Source: a virus
Reading direction: 5' to 3' (one strand)
Virus record (IMG/VR): IMGVR_UViG_3300018890_000001
Coordinates: 64,628-128,627 of that record
DNA length: 64,000 nucleotides
Every line of letters begins with the position of its first letter. Positions within the stretch are counted from its first letter, which is position 1. This document shows, piece after piece, positions 1-10,436 of the stretch. The position numbers were made by a program, and so were the translations under genes. The notes beneath the pieces were generated by a model. It was given only the letters and a program-made list of their open reading frames with translations. It searched no databases and had not been told where the DNA came from.

Positions 1-2
1 AA

Positions 3-158
3 GTTATTTACGACTCTGGTTGTTTGCCAAAAATTGAAAGAGAGAGATTTGAGCTAAACGTTATTAGTCAGTTAAGGCAACTACTTCCACCAGAACCGAT
101 TAATCCTGTAACTTTACAATCAACAGCCGGAGGCAATAATGGTCTTAGCATTAACTGA
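3..158 (+). CDS. 3' end of an upstream ORF (partial)
   Basis: Open frame from the window edge (VIYDSGCLPK...GLSIN) to TGA at 156-158, overlapping the next start. Confidence 0.55.
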   Translation, partial: VIYDSGCLPKIERERFELNVISQLRQLLPPEPINPVTLQSTAGGNNGLSIN

Positions 159-2277
159 AATCAGAAAGTCCGTTATTTTTGCAGTTGAGGGTCGGCTGTC
201 AACACTTCAAAACGAAATCCCAAATTTTTCTCGAATGTCTCCAGTAATGCTTGAATCTGCTGTCAACGCTTCGGTTGTCTTTCTTCCGATTCAAAGCAAT
301 GTTCCAGCAATCAATCCCCAAGATGGTTCTATTCTTTTAGAACCAGCACAAACTAATTTATTAAATTATAATCTCGATTTGAAACAATCGGTCTGGCAAA
401 AAGGAAGTAATGTTACGGTTCGTGGAGATGTGGTACTCGCACCGGACGGTTCGCAGCGAGGTGATCGGATCTCTTGGGGTGTGGGTACAGGAAACACCCA
501 ACTCGTTCAACGACCGATCACTTTAAAAGCCGGAACGCAATACTATTTATCGGGACTGTTTAATTTAGTAGGGGGGAAATTTGCAGCAAGTGACACCATA
601 GAAATGGTGGGTAACGTTGTGGGTACGCCAAAAGTCAGTTTTTCTAGCTTGAATACTTTTCCTGGTAATTACCGATGGCTTGAATTACCCTTTACGACAC
701 TTGGCGTTCAGCCCAAACTTCCGGAAGCAGAAGCAAGTTCTGGTGGATATGTAATTAGCGCGGTATCAGCCAATAGTGTCACATTAGCTGGTGTTACAGG
801 GATTGTTACCAATAATTTAATTGGTGGTCAAATTGGTTTTTCCAACAACCCCACAAAAAAATATAATATTACAGGAAACACGGTTTCCGGATCGAACTGT
901 ACAGTTATTACAGATCCATCTTCTGGTAGTTTTGTTACTGACGGAGTGACAACCTCAAGTAAGGTACAGCTTTACGGCGCACCAGATGTTACTTCTTTTT
1001 TACGGTTTTATATAGAATCCGCCGTGTCGCTAAACTGGGGTGGTGTCCAATTAGAAAAAGGTGTGTTTCGCACATCAATGGTTTACCAAGATGCAATCGT
1101 CACACCACGGGCACAAACTAAGTTGGTTTATCGCAAACAGAGTAACCCATTAATTGGATTCAAAACTTTTGGCCTACTTGTTGATTTGAAGTTTTGGCGT
1201 GGTGATGGTGTATTATTTTCTATTGGTAATGTCTCGGCTGATATCGTGGGTGGTAAATTAAAGCTCACTGTCGGGACTACCGTTATCGAAGATCCCACCC
1301 CACTACCATCGGCACCTCAAATATACGTGCAAGTTAATGGTGAAAGTTTTACACTGAGCTTATTCATTAATAAAAAGGTAATCGCGAGATCTAATCTATC
1401 TGGCTTTCAACCCAGTGTATCTCAAATTTCACTTACTTCTTCAGGTGTTCGCTGTTTCAATCGCATCGTTGTTCTCAACCGCGCTTTTGCTGATGGATCG
1501 GTTGCTGTTGGAGAAATTGTGCAGTCTGAAATGGCGGATGTGTTGTTTTCAGAAATAACAGATGTTAGTGCGGTCGCTGTTTCTGTCCCAGAGCTCGTGC
1601 TTCCATTTGTGACCATTCCTTCACCGGAACAGCCAGTTGCTTCTAGTGAAATTCAATCAATTAACTCAGCAGGTAAAACAGTCACTGTTTCCGATGGTTC
1701 AGGTTTTGGAACATCTGGTGCTGTAATTGTTTATCGTCCAGCATCGGATGGTGATCGTGCTGTGGGCTACCTTACTATTACTGGGAAAACTGGAAATACT
1801 GTATCACTCGACAGTGTTTCAGGGATAGCCTTGGGTGACAAGCTTGTTTCAGATTTTGTAGCTCGACCTGGCAAAGCGTCTGTACGTCTACCTTTTTCTC
1901 CGATCGATCCACAAGCGGTTACAAATATTGATTCTGGGAATAAGTACGTCACCGTTAATTCTTCTTTAGCGTTTGTCGAAAAAAGTAGGGCTATTATTCA
2001 ATCTCCGCTTTATCAAGACGTATCAGAGGTAATCGTAGAAACAGTAGACAATACCAATAATCGATTGACACTAAATTCGATCCTGGGAATCAGCGTTGGT
2101 GATATCATTTCGCAACCTGACGAAGAAGTTGAGATTCCCACCGAATGTTATTATGTCGATTTACTTAGTCCTAACCCGGCGATCGACGTTGACCAAAAAG
2201 CGACTAACGGTTTTGTTCTCTCAAATAAAGGTGGTGGGGATGCAATCATCCAAACTACGATTAAGGTTTATCTATAA
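139..2277 (+). CDS. phage structural fibre/spike protein (beta-rich, LamG/carbohydrate-binding-like)
   Basis: Motifs ILLEPAQTNLL and WGGVQLEKG..TS..TPRA are typical of phage spike/fibre proteins; G/S/T/V-rich. Confidence 0.65.
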   Translation: MVLALTEIRKSVIFAVEGRLSTLQNEIPNFSRMSPVMLESAVNASVVFLPIQSNVPAINPQDGSILLEPAQTNLLNYNLDLKQSVWQKGSNVTVRGDVVLAPDGSQRGDRISWGVGTGNTQLVQRPITLKAGTQYYLSGLFNLVGGKFAASDTIEMVGNVVGTPKVSFSSLNTFPGNYRWLELPFTTLGVQPKLPEAEASSGGYVISAVSANSVTLAGVTGIVTNNLIGGQIGFSNNPTKKYNITGNTVSGSNCTVITDPSSGSFVTDGVTTSSKVQLYGAPDVTSFLRFYIESAVSLNWGGVQLEKGVFRTSMVYQDAIVTPRAQTKLVYRKQSNPLIGFKTFGLLVDLKFWRGDGVLFSIGNVSADIVGGKLKLTVGTTVIEDPTPLPSAPQIYVQVNGESFTLSLFINKKVIARSNLSGFQPSVSQISLTSSGVRCFNRIVVLNRAFADGSVAVGEIVQSEMADVLFSEITDVSAVAVSVPELVLPFVTIPSPEQPVASSEIQSINSAGKTVTVSDGSGFGTSGAVIVYRPASDGDRAVGYLTITGKTGNTVSLDSVSGIALGDKLVSDFVARPGKASVRLPFSPIDPQAVTNIDSGNKYVTVNSSLAFVEKSRAIIQSPLYQDVSEVIVETVDNTNNRLTLNSILGISVGDIISQPDEEVEIPTECYYVDLLSPNPAIDVDQKATNGFVLSNKGGGDAIIQTTIKVYL

Positions 2278-3350
2278 TGCCTGTACGCACCAACTCAGAA
2301 GGTTTGCTTGAAATATTGCACCCCGAGACAGGCGCGTATGTTCCTGCGAGTACGCTTTTACAAGTCGAAGGGGGATTACTTACTGCATTAGTACCAAATC
2401 AATTGACATTACTTGCTGATATTCAGGAGGCTAGTGGCTATTTGCGGCTAATAGAGGCAGCATTGCTTGACGTTAGAGCAGAAATCTTTGCGGTAGATGA
2501 CAAGCTGGCGCAGTCAAACATCTCATTGAGTACACTCGGTCAAATAGATGCGGCACTTGGTGCTGTCAAAAGCGCGATTGATTCATTAGAAACGTTAGGT
2601 ACTGTCACGAATACCCTGCTGACCGCAGTCAACGCAGAAATTGTAACACTATCAGGAAAGATGCCCGCAACGCTTGGCGCAAAAATGAGAGATGCAAGCT
2701 TGTCGGTAGCTTTGGCGACGGATAGTACAATTTTTGCCTCATTAACTAGCATCCTTAATTCGCTTTCGGATATAAATAATAACTCGGTTGTTAGTTTGCT
2801 CTTGGCGTTATCCGCTAAAATACCAGCATCCCTTGGAGCAAAACTGCGGACAGCTAGCTTATCGGTGGCTTTGGCGACCGATAGTACGCTTTTTGCCTCA
2901 TTAACTAACATCCTTAATGCTCTATCGGATGGTGGCGTTAACTCAGCACTTTCTTATTTAAGTACCGTTGCAGGTTCCCAGCATTGGAAAACTCCCGCAA
3001 AATTCAATGGAACATCACCAATTATCAATGCAGCGACAGCCGCCGCAAGTTCTGCTGCATACGCATTAAATTCGCAAGCCGAAGCTTTGAGTTTGCAAAA
3101 CTTTTTTTCAGCAACAGGATTAAGTGCGCAGTTTGCCGTCGAATTGCGGGTGACTACTGGCTCGACTTCGCTTCACGATCGGACTTATTATTATCGTGGG
3201 GATGTCGCAAGCCCTTACGCCGCTAGCGCCGGGGTTTTTCCGGGAGAATCTCCAATTATTATTCCAACTTATGGTTACGTACAGGCGGTGGTGCATCTGC
3301 ATACAATTACAGGTGGTAACGTGAGTACCTATGCACGAGAGATAAAATGA
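2277..3350 (+). CDS. putative virion structural protein with internal repeat
   Basis: Coupled to the previous gene (TAATG); Ala/Leu/Ser-rich; duplicated 38-aa segment. Confidence 0.55.
   Translation: MPVRTNSEGLLEILHPETGAYVPASTLLQVEGGLLTALVPNQLTLLADIQEASGYLRLIEAALLDVRAEIFAVDDKLAQSNISLSTLGQIDAALGAVKSAIDSLETLGTVTNTLLTAVNAEIVTLSGKMPATLGAKMRDASLSVALATDSTIFASLTSILNSLSDINNNSVVSLLLALSAKIPASLGAKLRTASLSVALATDSTLFASLTNILNALSDGGVNSALSYLSTVAGSQHWKTPAKFNGTSPIINAATAAASSAAYALNSQAEALSLQNFFSATGLSAQFAVELRVTTGSTSLHDRTYYYRGDVASPYAASAGVFPGESPIIIPTYGYVQAVVHLHTITGGNVSTYAREIK
2658..2930 (+). repeat. intragenic direct repeat, 2658-2771 and 2817-2930
   Basis: KMPATLGAKMRDASLSVALATDSTIFASLTSILNSLSD vs KIPASLGAKLRTASLSVALATDSTLFASLTNILNALSD, 159-nt period. 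Confidence 0.9.
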
Positions 3351-3895
3351 ACAATATTTTATTAGATAAGATTACAAAATTGGAACTAAAAGCGGACGAC
3401 AGGGATGCACAAGTTCTGGAAGTGTGCGGAATTCTAAACACACCTCAGCCGATCGCCCCCTTAACCAAAACCAACCACAAGCTAAAACCACTACTCATTC
3501 CTCATTTAATAGAAGAAAAACTTTTGGTTCCAGAAAAGTTACAAGCCTTGGCAACACACCCTATTTGTTCTGATTTTTTAAAAGCATTGGTGCGTGAGCA
3601 TTATAATGGAGCAACCGAGCTGACACCAACAATCGAACAATTGGTGGCAGCGGGGCGAACTTTTATGGTCTTAACAGAAGCTGACGCGCAGGCGGTGCGA
3701 GATCGACTGGATATCGACAAAGTGGTAGAAATAGACGCGGCTAAACCTCTAGATCAAAGGCGATATACTGAATGGATCGAAGAGGTTCCCCAGGAGTCGG
3801 TCAGTTGGAGTCAATTGAATCTGGGGCGGGCGATCGATGGTGATGAAGTTTTGCAAATTCTAGGAGAATTATATGGTAGCCAAAAAGACGACTGA
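3347..3895 (+). CDS. hypothetical protein
   Basis: 182-aa ORF in operon, ATGA overlap. Confidence 0.7.
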   Translation: MNNILLDKITKLELKADDRDAQVLEVCGILNTPQPIAPLTKTNHKLKPLLIPHLIEEKLLVPEKLQALATHPICSDFLKALVREHYNGATELTPTIEQLVAAGRTFMVLTEADAQAVRDRLDIDKVVEIDAAKPLDQRRYTEWIEEVPQESVSWSQLNLGRAIDGDEVLQILGELYGSQKDD

Positions 3896-4148
3896 AACAT
3901 TTACAAGAAAAACCGTTGGTGAATTAGTACCGGGCGATCGGTTCAGAGAATTACCAGATCCTGACAGAGAATTAGAGAGTCCTTTGCAAGAAGTTATCTC
4001 TCTAGAAAAAAACGAGAGTTCCTTGCTCGAAGAAGATCAGGTCACGAAAAAGGAAATTGTTGTCTGTAAAACAAAACTTGAAAATTCAAGTGGAGTATTT
4101 TTCTTTCAAGCCTTTGCTAAAGTTGAGGTCGAAGTATTGAATGGCTAA
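3873..4148 (+). CDS. small KOW/SH3-like beta protein
   Basis: TVGELVPGDR motif shared with ORFs at 7902 and 8226; GGAG RBS. Confidence 0.55.
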   Translation: MVAKKTTETFTRKTVGELVPGDRFRELPDPDRELESPLQEVISLEKNESSLLEEDQVTKKEIVVCKTKLENSSGVFFFQAFAKVEVEVLNG

Positions 4149-7100
4149 TTACTACGTCGCAACTACTGGAAATGATACTGCCGAAGGAACTATCAATGCG
4201 CCTCTAAAAACTCTCGATAAGGGGTTGAATAAAGCATTCGCGGGCGATCGGATTATTTTGAGAGGAGGTACTTACCGAAATAGGGCGGGTTGGTTCCCTG
4301 AGCAACAAGCGACAATCAATGATCCCATCAGAATTGAAGCGTATCCTGGGGAAACAGTCAATATTTCCGCCTTTGAGGATCTAACCGACTGGGAACCCTT
4401 TGATTTGACGAATGGGCGGGCGATTTATCGCGCGCCAATGCCTTTTACTATGTGTGAAGAAGATTATGCAGTTGGAGGCGAAGATTTTTTAGTTTGGAAC
4501 GGATCTGTATTAAACGAAGCGCGATGGCCTGCGGCAAATATTAATGATTATCCACAATGGACAGAGGGATGGGCGGCGGTTGAAAGTGGTCAATGGATTT
4601 CCGATGCTAACGTAGAACACGCTAGCGTGACAGCCCAAATCCAAGATAACGACTTGCTGAGCTTTGCCACCAATTCTTTGATAGGTAGTTATATTACGAT
4701 ACTGCCTGGGGCTCGGTGGACTTGGATTTCCGGTAAGGTAGTCGCAAATGAAGGCAATAGTCTGACCTTTGAGACAAAATCACCCGGAGGTTCTACGTTC
4801 TACCGCCCCGATGGACGTAGCCTTTACTTTTTGTTTGGCAAGCAAGAATTCCTTTCCTACCCTGGTAGTTGGTGGAGAGACTCTATATCTAATACTGTTT
4901 ATGTTTGGCTGCCCGACAATAGTAATCCTGGTAACTCGATTATAGAAGCCAAGCAAGCACATAAGTTGATTGATTTTTGGTCGCGATCTTACTACCATCA
5001 CATTAATTTAAATTATATTGGTGGTGTTACTCACGTCGTTAACACCTCCGGTACTGTATTCCAAGATTGTACTTTTAAGTGGTACTCTCATCGTCTTTAT
5101 TTTCCAACAGCGTGGGCGTGGTTAAATCCTGCTTTTTTTGACAACAATAATGGTCTAACGCTACGCAATTGTGACTTTTTAGATGCTGTTGGCCCTGCTG
5201 TCACAATAGATGGAAATTCAAATTCAATTATCGAGAATTGTACTATCATAAATACTGGTGGATTAAATATTGGTGGAACAAACTCTCAAGTTTTCCTGAA
5301 TACAATATGGAAGTGTCCGCATGGTCCCGCAAAAATCAAAAACAATGTTACTAACTTGAAGGTTTACAATAATGATATTGGATATGGTGGCACGACAATT
5401 TTTGACGAAGGATTGCTAACCATAAATAGAAGTGCAACGGGATTTGGCGCTGAAGTTTACAACAATTACATACACGACGGGTATGGATTAGGGGATGGTC
5501 CTAAAGAATTTTACGGCACGGCAGGCTTGTATTTCGACGATAACACTGCTGCAATCAATTTCCACCACAATATCATCTCCAATGTTACTTCTCCCGGCCT
5601 AAATATATGCGGAGAATTAGAGAACGTTTTATTTGTTAATAATATTTTCGATCTTTCGCCAGGTGTTGCTTGGTGGATGTATAAATGGTATCCAGGTTGC
5701 AAGTTTATCAACAACTATACTACAGAGTTTGCTCCAGGCACGAGTGTTCATCCCGACATGGAGTGCGTGCAAAATGCGTTCAAAGAAATTTCTGTTCCCA
5801 ACAATATTATCGTGCCAGATCCTAGATTTAATCCAGATTATTCTTTGCAGTTCAATTCTGCGCTCAAAGGAGCAGGAATCGTTGTCAATGGGATTACGTC
5901 AACAAATCCACCCGACATTGGAGCGTGGGAAGGAATTCGATCGCCCGTTGGAGCTGTATTGCGTAACAGCGATCTGTCGCAACTAACAATAACTTCTTAT
6001 GTTGTTGATGGTGATTTTATCATTTTTGGAATTGGAAACTTACCTTTTGGTCGTCGCCTAGGTGAGAACTTTAGGATGAAACTTGGCTCTGGTGCAGAAG
6101 CCATTGGTACAATTATTCCTTATGATGTCACTACGGGTGGTACTGTCTGGGCGCGAGTTGGAGTTAATGTAGAAAGTTGGGTGGCGATCGGGCAAATCGG
6201 TACAGCACCGATCTTGTCAAGTCTTTCGGGATCGCGAATCCAAGGAACAGTTATCGCTTTACTCGGCAGTGGGTTTACCACTAATAGTTTTGTACAGTTA
6301 GACGGTGTTGAGTTAGTAACGACTTATATTGATGCGGGTAGACTAGAAGTGACTATCCCTGCAAATGCGACACCGACGAATTTATCACTTCAAATTTTTA
6401 ACGCTGATGGTCAAGCATCGGGAACGCTTGCTTTGACGGTATTGAGTTCGTTAGCATTAACAAGCTTGTCTGCTAGTACAGTTCAACTCGGACAACAGAT
6501 CCAGGCAGTGGGAACAGGATTTATCGAAGGCGCGATCGCCAGCTTCGTCTCTGCCGGTGTAGCGACCGCAACAACTTTTGTCAGCAGCACATCGCTTACG
6601 CTTGTCATTCCATTGCTACCTTCTGGCGTAACAACTTTAAGAGTCATAAATCCAAACGGTGCAGAAAGTGGAACTTTGCAATTAACGGTGCTACTGCCAC
6701 CATCGATCGCCAGCTTTGGACCAAACCCAGTGCAGCGCGGCCAAATTCTCACAATTTCTGGTGCTGATTTTGGTTCAGATCCATATCTATTATTTGCCAG
6801 ACAAGAAATTATCCCGATCGCCTACACGAGCAGTTCATTGCAGGCGATCGTACCTGCGATCGCAGCGTTTGGTGCTACCGCCACCCAAGTTGTTAGTGCT
6901 GTAGGCGCCTCTGCGGAAATTTCAGTTGTCGTAGTTCGGACACCTGCGCTTACTTCGATCGCCCCAACCGCAGCGCAACCGGGTTCGACTATAAGGGTAA
7001 CAGGCACCGACTTTGAAGATCCCGTAATCCTCGTTAACGGTAATTCAGTCGAATTCACAAATGTTGGTGAAGGACTATCATTTGTCTTGCCACAATTCCC

Positions 7101-7851
7101 GCCTTCCAACTTGTCGGTGCGCGTTCGCAACAGCACAACTGCATTGTCGGAGGCGATCGGTTTGATGGTGTTGCCACCGATCTCCATCGTTTCACTACCG
7201 ATTCCGACAGCCGCACCGCAAGCTGAAATTGTACTCGAAGGTAAATTCTTCCCGACCAACGCCCAGGTGTTTTTTGGAAATGTGCAAGCTCAGATTCAAA
7301 GTCTGACGAGCAATCAGATTATCGTTCAAGTTCCGCCAGAGTTACCTCCAATCCCCACAAGCATCAAAATCACAACTCCGGACGGTGCCTCTTCGATACA
7401 AACAATTCCGTTCGATGTTTTGCCGTCATTAATAATTAGTCGTGTCTTTCCGAATCCCGCACCGTCAGGCACTTCAATCCAAATCAGCGGTACTGGTTTT
7501 GATGAGGGCGTCGTGGTACTTGTCCGAGATGTACTGGCGATCGACCTTGTACGAGTTAGCGACACGCAGCTCAAGTTAACAGTTCCGCAGTTAAGTCCGG
7601 GCAGTGCTCAAATTAAAATTGTGTTGCCTGACGATCGCCAAACCGTTTTCGACTTCAGCGTACCAACCGTATGGATTTCAGGCGTATCCCACACAGTTGT
7701 TCAAGTCGGGGAGTGGCTTGAAATAACGGGAACCGGATTCGTACAGCCGCTAGCAGTTACGATAGGCAGCGTCGCAGTAACAGAAGTCATTGTAATTTCA
7801 CCAACTTTAATAAAAGTTCGCATACCACCATTCTTGGTGAATGAGCGGTAA
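4141..7851 (+). CDS. right-handed beta-helix (DUF1565-like N-terminus) protein with tandem IPT/TIG domains
   Basis: YYVATTGND..GTINAPLKTL..GDRIILRGGTY; Asn-rich beta-helix; about 6-7 IPT-like repeats (I.GxxF...L.V.IP). Confidence 0.8.
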   Translation: MANYYVATTGNDTAEGTINAPLKTLDKGLNKAFAGDRIILRGGTYRNRAGWFPEQQATINDPIRIEAYPGETVNISAFEDLTDWEPFDLTNGRAIYRAPMPFTMCEEDYAVGGEDFLVWNGSVLNEARWPAANINDYPQWTEGWAAVESGQWISDANVEHASVTAQIQDNDLLSFATNSLIGSYITILPGARWTWISGKVVANEGNSLTFETKSPGGSTFYRPDGRSLYFLFGKQEFLSYPGSWWRDSISNTVYVWLPDNSNPGNSIIEAKQAHKLIDFWSRSYYHHINLNYIGGVTHVVNTSGTVFQDCTFKWYSHRLYFPTAWAWLNPAFFDNNNGLTLRNCDFLDAVGPAVTIDGNSNSIIENCTIINTGGLNIGGTNSQVFLNTIWKCPHGPAKIKNNVTNLKVYNNDIGYGGTTIFDEGLLTINRSATGFGAEVYNNYIHDGYGLGDGPKEFYGTAGLYFDDNTAAINFHHNIISNVTSPGLNICGELENVLFVNNIFDLSPGVAWWMYKWYPGCKFINNYTTEFAPGTSVHPDMECVQNAFKEISVPNNIIVPDPRFNPDYSLQFNSALKGAGIVVNGITSTNPPDIGAWEGIRSPVGAVLRNSDLSQLTITSYVVDGDFIIFGIGNLPFGRRLGENFRMKLGSGAEAIGTIIPYDVTTGGTVWARVGVNVESWVAIGQIGTAPILSSLSGSRIQGTVIALLGSGFTTNSFVQLDGVELVTTYIDAGRLEVTIPANATPTNLSLQIFNADGQASGTLALTVLSSLALTSLSASTVQLGQQIQAVGTGFIEGAIASFVSAGVATATTFVSSTSLTLVIPLLPSGVTTLRVINPNGAESGTLQLTVLLPPSIASFGPNPVQRGQILTISGADFGSDPYLLFARQEIIPIAYTSSSLQAIVPAIAAFGATATQVVSAVGASAEISVVVVRTPALTSIAPTAAQPGSTIRVTGTDFEDPVILVNGNSVEFTNVGEGLSFVLPQFPPSNLSVRVRNSTTALSEAIGLMVLPPISIVSLPIPTAAPQAEIVLEGKFFPTNAQVFFGNVQAQIQSLTSNQIIVQVPPELPPIPTSIKITTPDGASSIQTIPFDVLPSLIISRVFPNPAPSGTSIQISGTGFDEGVVVLVRDVLAIDLVRVSDTQLKLTVPQLSPGSAQIKIVLPDDRQTVFDFSVPTVWISGVSHTVVQVGEWLEITGTGFVQPLAVTIGSVAVTEVIVISPTLIKVRIPPFLVNER

Positions 7852-7901
7852 ACGCATGATAAAGTGTTTGTGTTATTCGATCGTGCGTAGTCAGAACCAT
7901 C

Positions 7902-8114
7902 ATGCAAATAAACACAGAAACCGTAACAAAAGCAGCCAAAGATTTAGAGGTCGGCGATCGTATTCTGACTTCCGTGGGATTTATTACGATTTCAGATATC
8001 CGCGTATGTCAAGATGGTGTAGTTGAAGTGATCTACCCATCGCTTGCCCAAATGCTTACCGTGGAGACAGTTATTGCTGACGGATATACACAAGTCACTG
8101 TAGCTGTGAGTTAA
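7902..8114 (+). CDS. small KOW/SH3-like beta protein
   Basis: AAKDLEVGDRI motif; followed by a hairpin. Confidence 0.6.
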   Translation: MQINTETVTKAAKDLEVGDRILTSVGFITISDIRVCQDGVVEVIYPSLAQMLTVETVIADGYTQVTVAVS

Positions 8115-8120
8115 GAAAAC

Positions 8121-8166
8121 AAAAAAACGGGCGATCTAATAGACTTAGTTCGATCACCCGGTTTTT
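8121..8166. terminator. HIP1-armed palindrome H1 (bidirectional terminator-like)
   Basis: A7-CGGGCGATC...GATCACCCG-GT5. Confidence 0.8.
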
Positions 8167-8225
8167 ATTTCAATAAAATCAGATCCGTAGTAATATACAC
8201 ATAGCAAACCAAAAAGGAGCTAATA

Positions 8226-8414
8226 ATGGAATCTGATAAAAGTACAGTCGCCAAAGACCTGAAAGGTGGTGAACTCATAAAAGATAACAACGGGCTTGGA
8301 ACCGTTAGTCGTGTACACATAACGGCAGAAGCCACCGTCGTTGTTGAAACATTCGGCAGAGGACGGACTGACGAACAAACGTTTGATGGGTATCAAGCAG
8401 TAAAAACCTATTAG
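8226..8414 (+). CDS. small KOW/SH3-like beta protein
   Basis: VAKDLKGGELI motif; AGGAG RBS. Confidence 0.65.
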   Translation: MESDKSTVAKDLKGGELIKDNNGLGTVSRVHITAEATVVVETFGRGRTDEQTFDGYQAVKTY

Positions 8415-8423
8415 GTTTTTAAC

Positions 8424-8469
8424 AAAAAAACGGGCGATCGGATTATATTTAATCCGATCGCCCGTTTTT
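8424..8469. terminator. HIP1-armed palindrome H2
   Basis: A7-CGGGCGATCGGATTA-TATT-TAATCCGATCGCCCG-T5, between convergent genes. Confidence 0.9.
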
Positions 8470-8476
8470 GTTTCGT

Positions 8477-9016
8477 TTAACCTATTTCGTGTTTCCGCAT
8501 CATCGCGTTAAATTTTGCTCTGAGCTTCGGCTCACGCTCTTTTAACCATTGGCTGAGTACGTAAAGCTCTTTCTCACTGTCTATCGTGGGTAACACTTCG
8601 TTGCTGTCTGACAGCGAACCAAAAAGCGTTATATCGCAAAACAATACCCAATGTGGGTGCTTTTGAGATTTTAGGGTTTTTCCAGCGATGCGAAACCATT
8701 CTCTGAAACGTTTGTAAAAGTACAGCGCGTTAGCATGGTAATCAACAGGTATACCTGATGACAACCATCCATCAAACTGAAGTAATTCAAGTAGGTGCGA
8801 CGCTTTATCGTCTACAAAATCATATGCGTCACATTCTACATACTTCCAGTCAACAGTTTGACCCTTTTTTCTGGTCGCAATGTAGGCTTTTATTTGAAAG
8901 CATGGGTAGTGTGTAATTTCATCGTATACCATACCGTAAATTATTTTTCCGGTATTTTCAAGTACACCGCCTTCGTGCCACACTGGAACAGATATTGTTT
9001 TTTGTGTAGTAGACAT
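8477..9016 (-). CDS. hypothetical protein, paralog of 9118-9717
   Basis: Shared C-terminus WLKEREPKL..KF..MMRKH / WLKAREPFL..RF..IIQKH; likely start MSTTQK. Confidence 0.7.
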   Translation of the reverse strand: MSTTQKTISVPVWHEGGVLENTGKIIYGMVYDEITHYPCFQIKAYIATRKKGQTVDWKYVECDAYDFVDDKASHLLELLQFDGWLSSGIPVDYHANALYFYKRFREWFRIAGKTLKSQKHPHWVLFCDITLFGSLSDSNEVLPTIDSEKELYVLSQWLKEREPKLRAKFNAMMRKHEIG

Positions 9017-9072
9017 AAAGATTCCGTTAAATGATTGTACTAATTTTATCACGTTGAATATAAATGAACAAT

Positions 9073-9115
9073 AAAAACGGGTGATCTAATATATTAATTC
9101 GATCACCCGTTTTTT
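9073..9115. terminator. HIP1-armed palindrome H3
   Basis: A5-CGGGTGATC...GATCACCCG-T6; loop is the reverse complement of the H4/H5 loop. Confidence 0.85.
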
Positions 9116-9117
9116 AT

Positions 9118-9717
9118 CTAAGCGTTGGTTTGTAAAGGTGGTTCATAACCTTGCTTACGCATTTCTTCTTCAGTGATATATTCGACACCATGTTTTTGTA
9201 TAATTGAATGAAATCTAGACTGAAGAAACGGTTCTCGCGCTTTTAACCAAGCTTCTAGTAACGGTAGTTCGTTTGCACTCGCCATGTCCGGAATTGGTTC
9301 TCCGCCTTCGTACAGTAGAGTATTTCTTGAAAACCGTAACCAATGTTCAGCACGTTCTTTTTTAGAAGCCCGATCTCTGGACCAATTCCTAAACGTTTTG
9401 TAATACCACATCGTATGCTCGATATACATATCAGGCAGTCCGTCTTGTCTCCAGAGGTCGAAATGGATTAAGTCAGCAATTTTCGGTTCGAGACTTAAAA
9501 TCTCTTCGCTCGACACTCCGTGTGGATCTGGCACCCATGACAGTGGATCGTGACAAAGCCGATATTCCGTCCGTCCACGGATGATGAAAAGTGGCAGTGC
9601 ATAAGGATCATTATTGAGGTGCATATAGCGCATCCCAAATTCGATTTTACCACTGTGTCTTGTACCAAAGGTGAAGCCCCGTGTAAAGTTAATTACTTGG
9701 TATTTTGTGATCGTCAT
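9118..9717 (-). CDS. hypothetical protein, paralog of 8477-9016
   Basis: 199 aa; GAGG RBS; paralogy. Confidence 0.75.
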   Translation of the reverse strand: MTITKYQVINFTRGFTFGTRHSGKIEFGMRYMHLNNDPYALPLFIIRGRTEYRLCHDPLSWVPDPHGVSSEEILSLEPKIADLIHFDLWRQDGLPDMYIEHTMWYYKTFRNWSRDRASKKERAEHWLRFSRNTLLYEGGEPIPDMASANELPLLEAWLKAREPFLQSRFHSIIQKHGVEYITEEEMRKQGYEPPLQTNA

Positions 9718-9836
9718 ACAGTACCTCGATTTACTATATTTGATTGTATCATAATTGTTAAAGATTCAAAAGAAAAAGTGTTGTACGTTGATATGTATTG
9801 TTTTAAAATAAAATTATAGTCTATATTGAGGTTCCG

Positions 9837-10421
9837 ATGATTTACTTTACAGGTTTTCAAAACTGGGGAAAACAATTCGGCACATTAGTCAGTATTGCTA
9901 ATAGTGAACCTAAAGGTTTTAAAGGGCATATCGATCGCCTGCATTTTTTTGCACCAGATTGGAAAGATGTGAATCTATGGAAAACCAGTCCTAAAACAGA
10001 CGCGGACTGGGAGCGGTTCGTGGCGATGTATCGCATAGTCTGTCGAGAAAGGTGGCGATCTATAGAACACTGGTTGCAAACCCTAAAACCGGAAGTTGAC
10101 ATGACGCTGCTGTGTTGGGAACGTGAATCGAAGCGTTGTCACAGATCACTTGCTGCGAAGTTCGTCGAAGTTTACCGACCAGACTGTTACGGTGGGCTGG
10201 ATATGCTAAACCCCTACCGTAAACGACAACGACACAATAATGTGGACTACGATATTCAAGTTGTGAGTTGCCCTTGGTGTGACGGGTTCGCCTACGAAAT
10301 CTCGGTTGGTGTTGGTATCGGTAAGATTGGCGACGATCCAGATTATCCATATTTGAGGGGCGTCTATGCTCTGCCGGAGTATGCGATTGAGGCGGCAGTT
10401 CTGTTTGTTAAGGGTGATTAA
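9837..10421 (+). CDS. DUF488-like protein
   Basis: FAPDW, DMTLLCWE...CHRSLAA motif. Confidence 0.7.
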   Translation: MIYFTGFQNWGKQFGTLVSIANSEPKGFKGHIDRLHFFAPDWKDVNLWKTSPKTDADWERFVAMYRIVCRERWRSIEHWLQTLKPEVDMTLLCWERESKRCHRSLAAKFVEVYRPDCYGGLDMLNPYRKRQRHNNVDYDIQVVSCPWCDGFAYEISVGVGIGKIGDDPDYPYLRGVYALPEYAIEAAVLFVKGD

Positions 10422-10436
10422 ATAAGGTAGACAAAC

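Noticed and set aside
2658-2930. Direct repeat as a DGR template/variable pair
   Set aside because: Differences are not adenine-specific and both copies are in-frame coding repeats.
3873-8414. AxDLxxGD motifs as intein/Hint fragments
   Set aside because: No N-terminal Cys/Ser block, TxxH or C-terminal HN; a KOW/SH3-like barrel fits better.
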